Shown here: in pieces, positions 17,875 through 26,214 of the stretch | Position numbering within the stretch: position 1 is the first letter of the stretch | Layout: every line of letters starts with the position of its first letter | From: Thermoprotei archaeon | GTDB taxonomy: Archaea > Thermoproteota > Thermoprotei > Thermofilales > B69-G16 | Length of the DNA: 53,993 nucleotides | Assembly: GCA_003649235.1 (NCBI GenBank) | Contig: QMRG01000001.1 | Coordinates: 1-53,993, forward strand | Direction: 5' to 3' | Notes under the pieces: model-generated | Database searches by the model: none | The model's input: the letters and a program-made list of their open reading frames with translations, nothing else | Told to the model about the DNA's origin: nothing | Program-made: the position numbers and the translations under genes

Positions 17875-18602
17875 TGGGCTTCACGTGGAGCAGAGAGATA
17901 ACGTCAGGCACTGACATACGAGCCGACGACGTCAACGAAATTAAGAATAACATTGACACGATCTACTCGGAACTAGGCATCAACTATCCGGGATGCACAG
18001 GTGCAGGCTGGATTGAACTGCCGGTGTCGTCCGGTGATCCGATAGAGTCTGCAGACTTCCAGGAGCTGCGAGACCGACTCGACTACGGATGGGATCACCG
18101 GTGTCCGAGTCACGACTCTGCAGATAATTCGACGTATAATGATGCCGTACAGACCGCAGACCATGATGACCACGACAGCACGCACTACAATGATGACAAC
18201 AATGACCATAACGGTCAGAATTTTGACACACACTACAACGACGAAAATACAGGGCACTTGGGTTCATATGACAGTTCGGATGACAGTGGAGAGCACACTT
18301 CTGACTGGTTAGCAGATTACACGATCCACTATGATGGTGTTAGAGAATCGGAAAACGTGAGCAACTATTCGGGTGACAGAGACTATCACTATCCAGGCTA
18401 CGATAGCGAATACTACTATGGAGTCAAGACGGGAAACGAAACGGGTTATCATCCAGGTGCAGATACGGGTTACAATTCGGGTGATGAGACTGCCGAAAAG
18501 TACTCCGATTATACGTCGTATTGTGGAACTCATGAAGATGGTGTGGACTCTTACTATTACAACAGCCACAATGAACTACATGACATGGACTACTGGTGGT
18601 AG
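17874..18602 (+). CDS. fibre-associated protein A: conserved N-terminal module + Asp/Tyr/His/Ser/Gly/Asn-rich low-complexity tail
   Basis: TGATG overlap with the fibre stop. The N-terminus is MGFTWSREITSGTDIRADDVNEIKNNIDTIY, with a second copy PIESADFQELRDRLDY. After the CPSHDS junction, about 165 aa contain repeats such as STHYND, DTHYND, TIHYDG and YHYPGYDSEYYYG. Confidence 0.6.
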   Translation: MGFTWSREITSGTDIRADDVNEIKNNIDTIYSELGINYPGCTGAGWIELPVSSGDPIESADFQELRDRLDYGWDHRCPSHDSADNSTYNDAVQTADHDDHDSTHYNDDNNDHNGQNFDTHYNDENTGHLGSYDSSDDSGEHTSDWLADYTIHYDGVRESENVSNYSGDRDYHYPGYDSEYYYGVKTGNETGYHPGADTGYNSGDETAEKYSDYTSYCGTHEDGVDSYYYNSHNELHDMDYWW

Positions 18603-18604
18603 GT

Positions 18605-19192
18605 ATGGGCTTTACGTGGACACAAGACATCTCGGTTGGAGTATCAATTGATGCGGCCGACATAAATGAGATCCGGGACAAGACGGATACGCTGTACGAC
18701 AACATGTGTGCATCGCACGACTCTTCGTATCACAGTACGCACTACCCATCGAATTTGGGTACGGACAGATCTCCTGTGAACAGTGGAGCGGAGACCGGCG
18801 TCGACAATGGCTACTACCTCGAAGACTGGCCTGAGTACTGGACAGGAGTTGATACCGAGCATAACCCGGGGGATGACGGCTCGTACTACATCGAAGCGAA
18901 GACAGATCACTTTACAGGCGACAAAGGGCTCTATTATGCATCGTATGTCTCAGGAGCTAATCCTTCTGATTACGGAGCTGACTACACTACACATTACCCG
19001 AACGAGCATAACATCTACAATTCAGGTGTCGATTCCGGCGTATACTCTGATCATGATGTCTCAGAGGATGTAGGTTACGACTCAGGTGCCGTATCTACGA
19101 ACTATAGTGGAGACAAAGGAATGCACTACGGAACGTATTATGACGACTATCATGGTACGTACCGCGACTATGACGATGTGACGGTGTTCTAA
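18605..19192 (+). CDS. fibre-associated protein B (paralogue of A)
   Basis: GGTGGTAGG precedes the ATG. The N-terminus is MGFTWTQDISVGVSIDAADINEIRDKTDTLY, followed by a CASHDS junction and a D/Y/H/S/G-rich tail (STHYPS, TTHYPN, GMHYGTYYDDYHGTYRDYDD). Confidence 0.6.
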   Translation: MGFTWTQDISVGVSIDAADINEIRDKTDTLYDNMCASHDSSYHSTHYPSNLGTDRSPVNSGAETGVDNGYYLEDWPEYWTGVDTEHNPGDDGSYYIEAKTDHFTGDKGLYYASYVSGANPSDYGADYTTHYPNEHNIYNSGVDSGVYSDHDVSEDVGYDSGAVSTNYSGDKGMHYGTYYDDYHGTYRDYDDVTVF

Positions 19193-20461
19193 ATGGAATC
19201 GCTTGAAATCTTAACCACGGCTTGGTGTCCATTCAACTGCAAGTATTGCTATATACCGAAGACGCCGATGACGGTGAGAATGCACAAGGAGCTAGAGGGA
19301 AAGCTCTCATCGTTGATCAGGGATGCTGCGAAGCTGCGAATAAAGCACATAGGCTTCTGGGGTACAGAGCCGACGCTGACGCTAAGCAAGATAGACGTGC
19401 AGGAGCTCCTCAGCAATCCGTCGTTGGAGACAATTTCGTTCTCGACATCAATGATGTACAAGCCTGAGGTCATCAGAGAGTTCATCATGAGGGTTGCGCC
19501 GCATAAGGTCAATGTGAGAGTACAGGTGTCGCTGGATGGGCCGGCATTCATAACGGACAGGAACAGAATGGAAGGTGCAGCCGAACGAATTCCGCAAAAT
19601 TTGAAGCAGTTGGTGTGCAGTCTGCAGGGCGTGAATCTCGGCGAGACAACCGTTGAGTTCCGCTTCAAGGCAACGCTCACCATCGACAATCTGAAAGAGA
19701 TGGTAAGAGAGCCGAAACTGATCGATGAGTACAAGGCATACTTTGAAGGAATAGAGCGTGAGCTGATCAAGGCGAACACCAATAGGAATGTGCGGATAGC
19801 ACGTGGAACGTACTGCCCGACGATGATGGTTCCAGGGAAGTACACTTCCGAGGACGGCAAGATCTTTTGCAGTTTTGTCAAGGAGTGTTACGCACACGAC
19901 CTGAAGACTGCATATCACTACCGTCTAAGGAGAATCTACGACTATGCTTACGAGCTCCACAAAAAGAGAATGTTCACGTGTTCGGGAGGCGACAGCAACT
20001 TCGGTTATGACGGCAGCTTTCACATCTGTCACAGGAGCTTCTATTTGAACCGCGACGACTACGTGCAGTCAGTACTGCAGACGGACATCGACAACTGGGA
20101 CGTCTCACTGTTCAAGCTAGGGCACATCCAGCACGTCAGACGGTACATAACGCGTGACTTGGTGCGTCTGCAGTATGTCTTGCGCGGACACCACGACTTC
20201 TGGAAGTTTGACGTCTCGTCAGTAGTTGCACGACTTCAAGAGCTAGCCGCCTGTGGACAGGTCAGCGAATTGTATCGGGATGACCACTGGGCGGTAAAGT
20301 TTGCAATATTCTCACAGGCAGGACTCGACTGTCCGATGGAGAACCTGTTGAATACGGGTTCGATTCACATTGTGCCTGTGTCACTCATAAGACTGTTTTG
20401 TAATGGAGCGTTTGAGGAGATTGACAGGAGGGTGAGAAGTGAGATATCAGGACGAAAATGA
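19193..20461 (+). CDS. radical SAM enzyme with partial SPASM/twitch-like C-terminal domain
   Basis: TAAATG junction with the upstream gene. It has CPFNCKYC (Cx3Cx2C), GFWGTEPTL and SLDG blocks, plus a later FTCSGGDSNFGYDGSFHICHRSF segment of the auxiliary-cluster type. Confidence 0.7.
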   Translation: MESLEILTTAWCPFNCKYCYIPKTPMTVRMHKELEGKLSSLIRDAAKLRIKHIGFWGTEPTLTLSKIDVQELLSNPSLETISFSTSMMYKPEVIREFIMRVAPHKVNVRVQVSLDGPAFITDRNRMEGAAERIPQNLKQLVCSLQGVNLGETTVEFRFKATLTIDNLKEMVREPKLIDEYKAYFEGIERELIKANTNRNVRIARGTYCPTMMVPGKYTSEDGKIFCSFVKECYAHDLKTAYHYRLRRIYDYAYELHKKRMFTCSGGDSNFGYDGSFHICHRSFYLNRDDYVQSVLQTDIDNWDVSLFKLGHIQHVRRYITRDLVRLQYVLRGHHDFWKFDVSSVVARLQELAACGQVSELYRDDHWAVKFAIFSQAGLDCPMENLLNTGSIHIVPVSLIRLFCNGAFEEIDRRVRSEISGRK

Positions 20462-21713
20462 CAAGTGGCTTCAAACGTTCCTGAGACGGACATTCTACAA
20501 GGGATTCAAGCAGCCAGACAGATATCCTAACTGGTCGAGAGTGGAGCTGTTCGTTACGGCAAACTGTAACCAGCAATGCAAGTATTGCTACTTGGCACGC
20601 TACGGGCACTTGCTGTATCCGGAGTACGATCCGGACACCGTAGTGCAAAATGCACGGAGACTTCTCGACTGGCTCAAAGTGAATGGCTTCAGGCCAAACC
20701 TTGAGCTGTTCTCCGGTGAACCACTCGTGCAGCAGGTAGGCTTCAAAGTCATCGATGCGGTGCTAAAGCGACGATTCCCGTCGTTGGTCATACCGACAAA
20801 CTTCAGCTTTATGTTAAGTGACAAGCTGGTTGAAAAGGTAGAGCGACGGATCCGTACGGCACGGAAGCATGGCATCAGGCTGTTCTTGAGTGCGTCCATC
20901 GACGGAAAGTATTGTGAGGCGAACAGACCACTGAAGGGTTACGATGTGGATCCGCGCGACGACGCCTTCTACGACAAGGTCTTCGCGTTCTGCAGTAAGC
21001 ACGGCTTCGGTTTTCACCCGATGGTCTACTCGGAGCTGATCGAATACTGGCCCGAGAACTTCCTGTGGTTCCAGGCAATGTTCAAAAAGCACAAAATACC
21101 ATGGTGGAACCTGTACCTGCTAGAGGTACGCAATCCGGAATGGACGCCACGACAAATCCAACACCTAGGAAACTTCATCAAATTTTTGGTCAGGTGGACA
21201 TACAGCAAAACAGGAAAACACAAATTCATCGACTTCATCTTCAAACAAAAAGGCTTCAACATACTAAGCAACCCACTAACAAGAGTAGGACGAGGACTAG
21301 GCTGCTCAATACAATCGGTAATGTCTGTACGACTGCAAGACCTGGCGATATTCCCGTGTCACAGAACAGCATATCCACAGTTCAAAGTGGCACAGTTTGA
21401 CGAGCGCATGCAAATCAGGGCAGTCAATCCGGACCTCTGGATGACAGTGCTAACGTTTGATGCGAATACACTGCCCTACTGCGAGACGTGTCCCGTGAAG
21501 TATCTCTGTGGAAAGGGATGTCTCGGTGCACAGTTTGAAACGACTGGTGACCTGTTTACTCCGATACCAACAGTCTGTCAGATGGAGCACTGGAAGCTGT
21601 ATAGCTATGTAGAGGCTCTGAAGGAGATAGGTATGCTGGATGTCATAAAAGAGATTGTCGAGCCTGACAAACGCTACAGTATAGAGTGGCTGGAGGGTGA
21701 GCTGAAACGATAG
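20439..21713 (+). CDS. radical SAM / SPASM-domain enzyme (anSME-like maturase family)
   Basis: It overlaps the upstream gene. It has CNQQCKYC (Cx3Cx2C), FSGEPLV and SIDG blocks, GCSIQSVMSVRLQDLAIFPCHR, and a full SPASM motif YCETCPVKYLCGKGCLG (Cx2Cx5Cx3C). Confidence 0.7.
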   Translation: MRYQDENDKWLQTFLRRTFYKGFKQPDRYPNWSRVELFVTANCNQQCKYCYLARYGHLLYPEYDPDTVVQNARRLLDWLKVNGFRPNLELFSGEPLVQQVGFKVIDAVLKRRFPSLVIPTNFSFMLSDKLVEKVERRIRTARKHGIRLFLSASIDGKYCEANRPLKGYDVDPRDDAFYDKVFAFCSKHGFGFHPMVYSELIEYWPENFLWFQAMFKKHKIPWWNLYLLEVRNPEWTPRQIQHLGNFIKFLVRWTYSKTGKHKFIDFIFKQKGFNILSNPLTRVGRGLGCSIQSVMSVRLQDLAIFPCHRTAYPQFKVAQFDERMQIRAVNPDLWMTVLTFDANTLPYCETCPVKYLCGKGCLGAQFETTGDLFTPIPTVCQMEHWKLYSYVEALKEIGMLDVIKEIVEPDKRYSIEWLEGELKR

Positions 21714-22651
21714 TGTATTTTAACTTGAACGTTGGCGGCGGCATCGAGCGGACAGGACGTGTCGTGGAGACTATGTTGCCAGATGCGCATGTCTATCGAC
21801 AGCAGAATCCCGGATGCATCATCGCTGAAGAGCTAGCCAGATTGCAGCCAGATGTCATCGTCATGAACGAGCAGTTCCCAAGGGTCATGGAAGCCGTCTA
21901 CTACTATAGGCTGACGCACAAATGCAACGTGATACTGCTCAATCATTGCTATGACTGCATCAACGGGCGGCGAGTCGATGATCCTGACAGACGACTTCTC
22001 GTAAGGCGATTCCTGAGACAAATAGACACGATTCTCAATTTGAATTATGTGCCAGAGAATGCGAAGCTGCTGCGAAACGTCATACGGATGTATCATCCTT
22101 GTAATCCGAAGTTCAGGCTGAAGATTCCATGGGACGAACGACCCAAGAAGTGCCTATACTGGGGCAATCTGGCGCCGCACAAGTTCAACGTGAAGTTCCT
22201 AGAGCTATACGATGACATAGACGTTTACGGACGCATACGTTGCGACGGCGAATACAAAGATAGACTGCTGGAAAGCGGATGCTATAGAGGCTATCTGCCT
22301 GAAGAGCGTCTCGTCGACACTATCAACGAGTATAAGTATTTCGTGGTGCCGCATGATGGCTACGAGCCGTTCATGTTGACGTTGCAAGAGGCAATGCAAT
22401 GCGGAACGATTCCGTTGGTTACGAACAGCAGAGACTATCCGAAGAGTTACTGGATCGACTGGGCGAAAGGACTCTACATTGAGTTTCGTGATGTATGGCA
22501 GCTAAGCAGATGGTTGAGGCGGGACCGTGATCTGACTCAGATGTCGTATGGGATAGCTCGCGAGATAAGAAGAAGACACAGCTACGACAGGTTCAAAAAG
22601 GTATTATGGTCACTTATCAAAAGAAAGCTGAGCTGGGAGGTGATGGTATGA
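21713..22651 (+). CDS. GT-B fold glycosyltransferase (GT4-like)
   Basis: GTG start at the upstream stop. YEPFMLTLQEAMQCGTIPLVT contains the E-x7-E motif typical of GT4 retaining glycosyltransferases. Confidence 0.55.
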   Translation: MYFNLNVGGGIERTGRVVETMLPDAHVYRQQNPGCIIAEELARLQPDVIVMNEQFPRVMEAVYYYRLTHKCNVILLNHCYDCINGRRVDDPDRRLLVRRFLRQIDTILNLNYVPENAKLLRNVIRMYHPCNPKFRLKIPWDERPKKCLYWGNLAPHKFNVKFLELYDDIDVYGRIRCDGEYKDRLLESGCYRGYLPEERLVDTINEYKYFVVPHDGYEPFMLTLQEAMQCGTIPLVTNSRDYPKSYWIDWAKGLYIEFRDVWQLSRWLRRDRDLTQMSYGIAREIRRRHSYDRFKKVLWSLIKRKLSWEVMV

Positions 22652-23166
22652 GCGTAAACGCGTTCTACAGGTGTGCGGATAGAGTGCGATATCTAATGCG
22701 CTTCAGGAACTTCGAACGACTATTCGGAGGGTATTCAACGGAAGCACGCCGCACCATTGAAAGGTGCATCGACGATATGGTCAGAATGGCAAATGGCACC
22801 AGAATGGTCGGTGACGTTGCAGCAGTTAACAAGGTGGCCGACGTGTTGCTCGACAGGGTGACCAGGATGCCGATAACGCCTTACATGAAGGACTTCTCTG
22901 AGCAGTGCTGCTTGTTGCTCTATAACTGGAACCAATCCATCGAGAATACTGATGCGGCGTTGACGTCGAAGCTCCGTGCTATTGATCGGCTAGTGAAGGC
23001 GCACTATACGATAATGGATGCGATAAATGTGCTTCGGAGACTAGTGAGAGGACCCTACGTGCCTGCTGCATATGAATTAAGTAGACACTACCTGGAGGTG
23101 ATGCGTGATGAAGGAGAAAGAGCTGGCCAAACTTGTCCTGAAAAAGGAAGCACGCGAAAATCCTGA
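22648..23166 (+). CDS. hypothetical helical protein
   Basis: GGGAGGTGATGGT precedes ATG 22648, which forms an ATGA overlap with the glycosyltransferase stop. Confidence 0.45.
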   Translation: MSVNAFYRCADRVRYLMRFRNFERLFGGYSTEARRTIERCIDDMVRMANGTRMVGDVAAVNKVADVLLDRVTRMPITPYMKDFSEQCCLLLYNWNQSIENTDAALTSKLRAIDRLVKAHYTIMDAINVLRRLVRGPYVPAAYELSRHYLEVMRDEGERAGQTCPEKGSTRKS

Positions 23167-23341
23167 AGGGAAAGTGATCATCGGCAACAGAGTGTTGACG
23201 TACAGGGAGCTCGAACAGCTCATAGACAGCGACAAGGACGTCGAAAAGCACCTCGTGAAGCCTTTCACAAAGTTGCTCAGGGAGTCGAAGTCATTTCTCA
23301 GAGAGGTGATGCGATATGCGAATACAGGTAGTAGCTCCTGA
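23108..23341 (+). CDS. hypothetical protein
   Basis: GGAGGTG (23093..23099) is followed after 8 nt by ATG 23108. The ORF overlaps the end of the previous one in another frame. Confidence 0.4.
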   Translation: MKEKELAKLVLKKEARENPEGKVIIGNRVLTYRELEQLIDSDKDVEKHLVKPFTKLLRESKSFLREVMRYANTGSSS

Positions 23342-24005
23342 GTTTGATGTAGTGACAAGTTACAGCGTCAGATGGGCAGAGGAGGCCATCGAGAAGCTAC
23401 GCGAAAAGTACGTCGTTAGGGCGATGACAGGCAGACCCTACACGAGACAAGAAGTCGAAAGGGTCTTCGAGCGTGCCTTCGAAATGTTCGTCTTCTACGA
23501 TCACGGCAACGAAGATGCACTTTACGGCGACGAAAACGAAAAGGTCATCGACCTGGACAACGTCGAGCTACTACGAGACAAGATCGTTTACACGATGGCC
23601 TGCCTCTCAGCGAAGAAGCTGGGAGTCGAGGCATGGCGAAGAGGCTGCAGGGTCTACTGGGGCTATTACGAGCCATTCTGCTTTACGCTAGCAGAAGAAC
23701 ACTACTTCAAGAGGTTTGCCAATTATGGACTGATGCTACTGGCAGATGGAGTTCCACCTGCAGAAGCAAAACGGAGGACGTTACAGCTGGGCCAGCAACT
23801 AATCGAGGAGCTACAAAAACGGGGGAGGTATATTGCGGCTGCAGTGCTGAAGCAGGACATGGAAGCACTTCGGTGCTACAACGGTGAAATTCCGCCGTCG
23901 ACGTGTCCGTTCCGCAGACTGGCCTTGCTGCTGTTCGGCAGACATGGCTGGCACTTGCGAAAGCTACTTCGAAGCCTCCTGAGACGACTTCTGCCGTTCC
24001 TCTAA
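23316..24005 (+). CDS. putative clan CD (caspase/gingipain-fold) cysteine peptidase-like protein with Arg/Leu-rich C-terminal helix
   Basis: AGAGGTGA is followed after 6 nt by the ATG. Hydrophobic strand + HG (MFVFYDHGNED) and hydrophobic strand + AC (KIVYTMACLSAK) fit the His/Cys dyad layout of clan CD. The C-terminus is FRRLALLLFGRHGWHLRKLLRSLLRRLLPFL. This is the last gene of the + operon. Confidence 0.35.
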   Translation: MRIQVVAPEFDVVTSYSVRWAEEAIEKLREKYVVRAMTGRPYTRQEVERVFERAFEMFVFYDHGNEDALYGDENEKVIDLDNVELLRDKIVYTMACLSAKKLGVEAWRRGCRVYWGYYEPFCFTLAEEHYFKRFANYGLMLLADGVPPAEAKRRTLQLGQQLIEELQKRGRYIAAAVLKQDMEALRCYNGEIPPSTCPFRRLALLLFGRHGWHLRKLLRSLLRRLLPFL

Positions 24006-24128
24006 GAGCCTATCCACTGCCATCATGTAACTGTTTACCGCCTCAATGAAGTCCTGCAGCGCAATGTTAAACGCTATGATTCGCGTCCGGAGCCTGTCTC
24101 TGAGCCTCCTAACCTCTGTTTCTGACAT
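23964..24128 (-). CDS. small ORF (54 aa, below ORF-track cutoff), last gene of a - strand operon
   Basis: TAGGAGGTGACGTC precedes ATG 24128, and the SD contains the upstream stop. The product is MSETEVRRLRDRLRTRIIAFNIALQDFIEAVNSYMMAVDRLLEERQKSSQEASK. Its 3' end overlaps the converging + gene by 42 nt. Confidence 0.45.
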   Translation of the reverse strand: MSETEVRRLRDRLRTRIIAFNIALQDFIEAVNSYMMAVDRLLEERQKSSQEASK

Positions 24129-24139
24129 GACGTCACCTC

Positions 24140-24415
24140 CTATGGATCCTTAACCAGTGTTCGTATCGCCACAACGACCTCCCAGACTTGCTCCACTAGC
24201 TTTATGAGCTCCTCCTTCTTGAACTTTTTGAGGTTCTTCAGTGAACCGTCCTCGTCGACGAACTCACTGTAGACATCCTCTAGCTCATCTAACACTTTGC
24301 AGACTAGCCTGTACTTCTTTGCCCCTTTGCGCCAGAGCACTGACGCTATGTACGCTACTGCCGCGACTGTTGTGCCTGCCACGATCAGATATGAGGCCAC
24401 CATTCCTATGTCCAT
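24140..24415 (-). CDS. membrane-anchored small protein
   Basis: AGGAGGTGA is followed after 5 nt by ATG 24415. The N-terminal TM helix is MDIGMVASYLIVAGTTVAAVAYIASVLW. Confidence 0.5.
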   Translation of the reverse strand: MDIGMVASYLIVAGTTVAAVAYIASVLWRKGAKKYRLVCKVLDELEDVYSEFVDEDGSLKNLKKFKKEELIKLVEQVWEVVVAIRTLVKDP

Positions 24416-24420
24416 ACACA

Positions 24421-24636
24421 TCACCTCCTTTTAGGCGCTTTCATGCGGCGCCTGACCATGACATTATACAGGCACGTTGTCAAATCAACTCCTACGGCAT
24501 TCGCAAGCCGAACGAGCTCCTCGACAACCTCGGCAAACGCCTCACAGGAAGGGAATTCTCCAAGCACATCGACAGCGCTCACCAGCCTCTCGTAATGCTT
24601 CCAAGCAGTCTCCTCAGCCGCTAACCTTTCCTGCAT
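24421..24636 (-). CDS. hypothetical protein
   Basis: ORF-track ORF. The likely start is ATG 24636 (MQERLAAEETAWKHY..) because the 5' extension is Ser-rich and overlaps the upstream gene. The start remains uncertain. Confidence 0.4.
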   Translation of the reverse strand: MQERLAAEETAWKHYERLVSAVDVLGEFPSCEAFAEVVEELVRLANAVGVDLTTCLYNVMVRRRMKAPKRR

Positions 24637-24713
24637 ATTTCTCAAGTTCAGATGTCCACACCTCCTATGGGTTGATGATGATGAAGAAGACAGTATATGT
24701 GGAGTTCCATAAG

Positions 24714-25745
24714 CTACCAGCTCCAAGCTAACTTTACCTTATTTCCCGAATGCTCCAAGGCACCCATCCTCATGAGATCCGCGATCAACGGGCTTGACTG
24801 CGACCAATCCAGCGAATACCACGTCAACCTATCGCGCAACTCCCGTGGTGTAGCCTCTCCTCCCAGATCCTTCAGCGCCACGAATACCTGCAAATATGCG
24901 GCTCCCCGTTGCACTTTACGTCTGTCGGCCACCGCCCTCTCAATGATGCGCAACAACTCATCGTCAACTGTTACCCTTAACACCCTGTCGACTCGTCCTC
25001 TCATCACAGTATACCCTATTGCCAACCTCTCCCAGAGCTCCTCCTCGAAATGCAGTATCCTGAACTGATCCGTCTTCCGGTCAAAGAACCTGTATAGCCG
25101 TTCGTCTATTTCGACATCCTGCACCTTGTCCAGCTTCCGTATGATGTCCCGTATTCCCATCCGTATTCGATCCACTCTTAGAGGGTTCAGCCTCTTTCCA
25201 GTCGCAGCTCTTCGTGCCCATTTCAACGTCTCGAAGTCTCTCTCCGAGGGTATGAACACAATAAACAGGAATCGTCTACCGAGACCTCCTGACATGTCGT
25301 ATCGTGCAGGCTGCACACCACATTGTAGCGTCACATGCGTCACATAGCGAATCTCTCCTGATGCCAGCGACTTTTCGACTCGCCCACTATCCAACGCGGT
25401 CAGCAACGCATTCTCGAGTTGGCGTCCGTGCTCCGTCTGAAACGCATTCGTCAGATCACTGAACTCTTCGACGCCTAGTATGGCATTCTTGTAGATCTCT
25501 GCAAGCCCTGGCTCGTAAACTCTGCCTCCATTCACGAATCGTGTCGTACCTACAAATCCTGCAGCTGTCGTCTGCTGTATGTAGCCAACCTCTATTCCAC
25601 TGTCCCGTAATATGGCATGATCACCCTGTATAAACTGCTCTAACCAGAAGCTCTTGCTAGCACCTGGCGGTGCTACCATTAACACATGCAATCTCGTGTC
25701 AGGTACGCCTCCTGCACGTATCCACACGTATCGTCTCTTATTCAT
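24714..25745 (-). CDS. MCM-related AAA+ ATPase (core only) with C-terminal winged-helix-like region
   Basis: Walker A is VLMVAPPGASKS and Walker B is ILGVEEFSDL. ALLTALDSGRV and GLGRRFLFIVFI parallel the MCM EAMEQQ and SRFDL blocks. The probable start is ATG 25745 (MNKRRYVWIRAGG). Confidence 0.55.
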   Translation of the reverse strand: MNKRRYVWIRAGGVPDTRLHVLMVAPPGASKSFWLEQFIQGDHAILRDSGIEVGYIQQTTAAGFVGTTRFVNGGRVYEPGLAEIYKNAILGVEEFSDLTNAFQTEHGRQLENALLTALDSGRVEKSLASGEIRYVTHVTLQCGVQPARYDMSGGLGRRFLFIVFIPSERDFETLKWARRAATGKRLNPLRVDRIRMGIRDIIRKLDKVQDVEIDERLYRFFDRKTDQFRILHFEEELWERLAIGYTVMRGRVDRVLRVTVDDELLRIIERAVADRRKVQRGAAYLQVFVALKDLGGEATPRELRDRLTWYSLDWSQSSPLIADLMRMGALEHSGNKVKLAWSW

Positions 25746-25857
25746 CAGATTGAAACAAATGAGCACCTGCACTACAGATGAAATACGGTGCGTGCTCATG
25801 CACGAACGCACATCCTCTTTCAGTCAGCTCATCGAGGATGAGTCTGTAGACGTCCAC
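25738..25857 (-). CDS. possible 39-aa ORF translationally coupled to the MCM-like gene
   Basis: GAGGAGGTGAGA precedes GTG 25857. The product is VDVYRLILDELTERGCAFVHEHAPYFICSAGAHLFQSDE. Its TAA lies inside GATGAATAAG, which also contains the downstream ATG. Confidence 0.3.
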   Translation of the reverse strand: MDVYRLILDELTERGCAFVHEHAPYFICSAGAHLFQSDE

Positions 25858-25935
25858 TCTCTCACCTCCTCGGACTTCTCTTCATCTTCCTCGTCCAGTA
25901 TCAACCAGAACAAAAGAATGTGAGGTCGTCGTCGG

Positions 25936-26127
25936 TCATGCTAGACACCTGTCCGTTCTCACATCGACAATCTTCGTTGACACACATCGGTCTCTGTAAG
26001 GACAGTAGTCGCAATTCGTAAGGTCCTTGTAGACGCACTCCGTGACATTCGGCACTATCGCATTTATGTCATCGAACATTCCGATCACCATTTCGGTTGG
26101 ACTTTCCATTCGATAGGCTTTGACCAT
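25936..26127 (-). CDS. small Cys-containing protein
   Basis: ORF-track ORF (..CVYKDLTNCDYCPYRDRC..). The start is uncertain, and a 41-aa ORF with a GGTGAGTGA SD precedes and overlaps it. Confidence 0.4.
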   Translation of the reverse strand: MVKAYRMESPTEMVIGMFDDINAIVPNVTECVYKDLTNCDYCPYRDRCVSTKIVDVRTDRCLA

Positions 26128-26214
26128 TCGTCGGCAAGATGTCTGTCGATATCACGAACCCGTTTCGAACATTTGAAAGCCTTCGACGCGTCGATAACGC
26201 CTTTGCACATCTTA

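Noticed and set aside
17973-18910. Several 86-96-aa ORFs occur in alternative frames and strands across the D/Y/H-rich genes.
   Set aside because: They are artefacts of the low-complexity GAY/TAY/CAY-rich coding sequence. The products are V/I/R/C-rich nonsense with no SDs.
19249-19881. A 210-aa - strand ORF (with the nested ORF 19448..19918) lies inside the first radical-SAM gene.
   Set aside because: It is antisense to an ORF with clear rSAM motifs, has no SD, and has a Ser/Leu-rich shadow composition.
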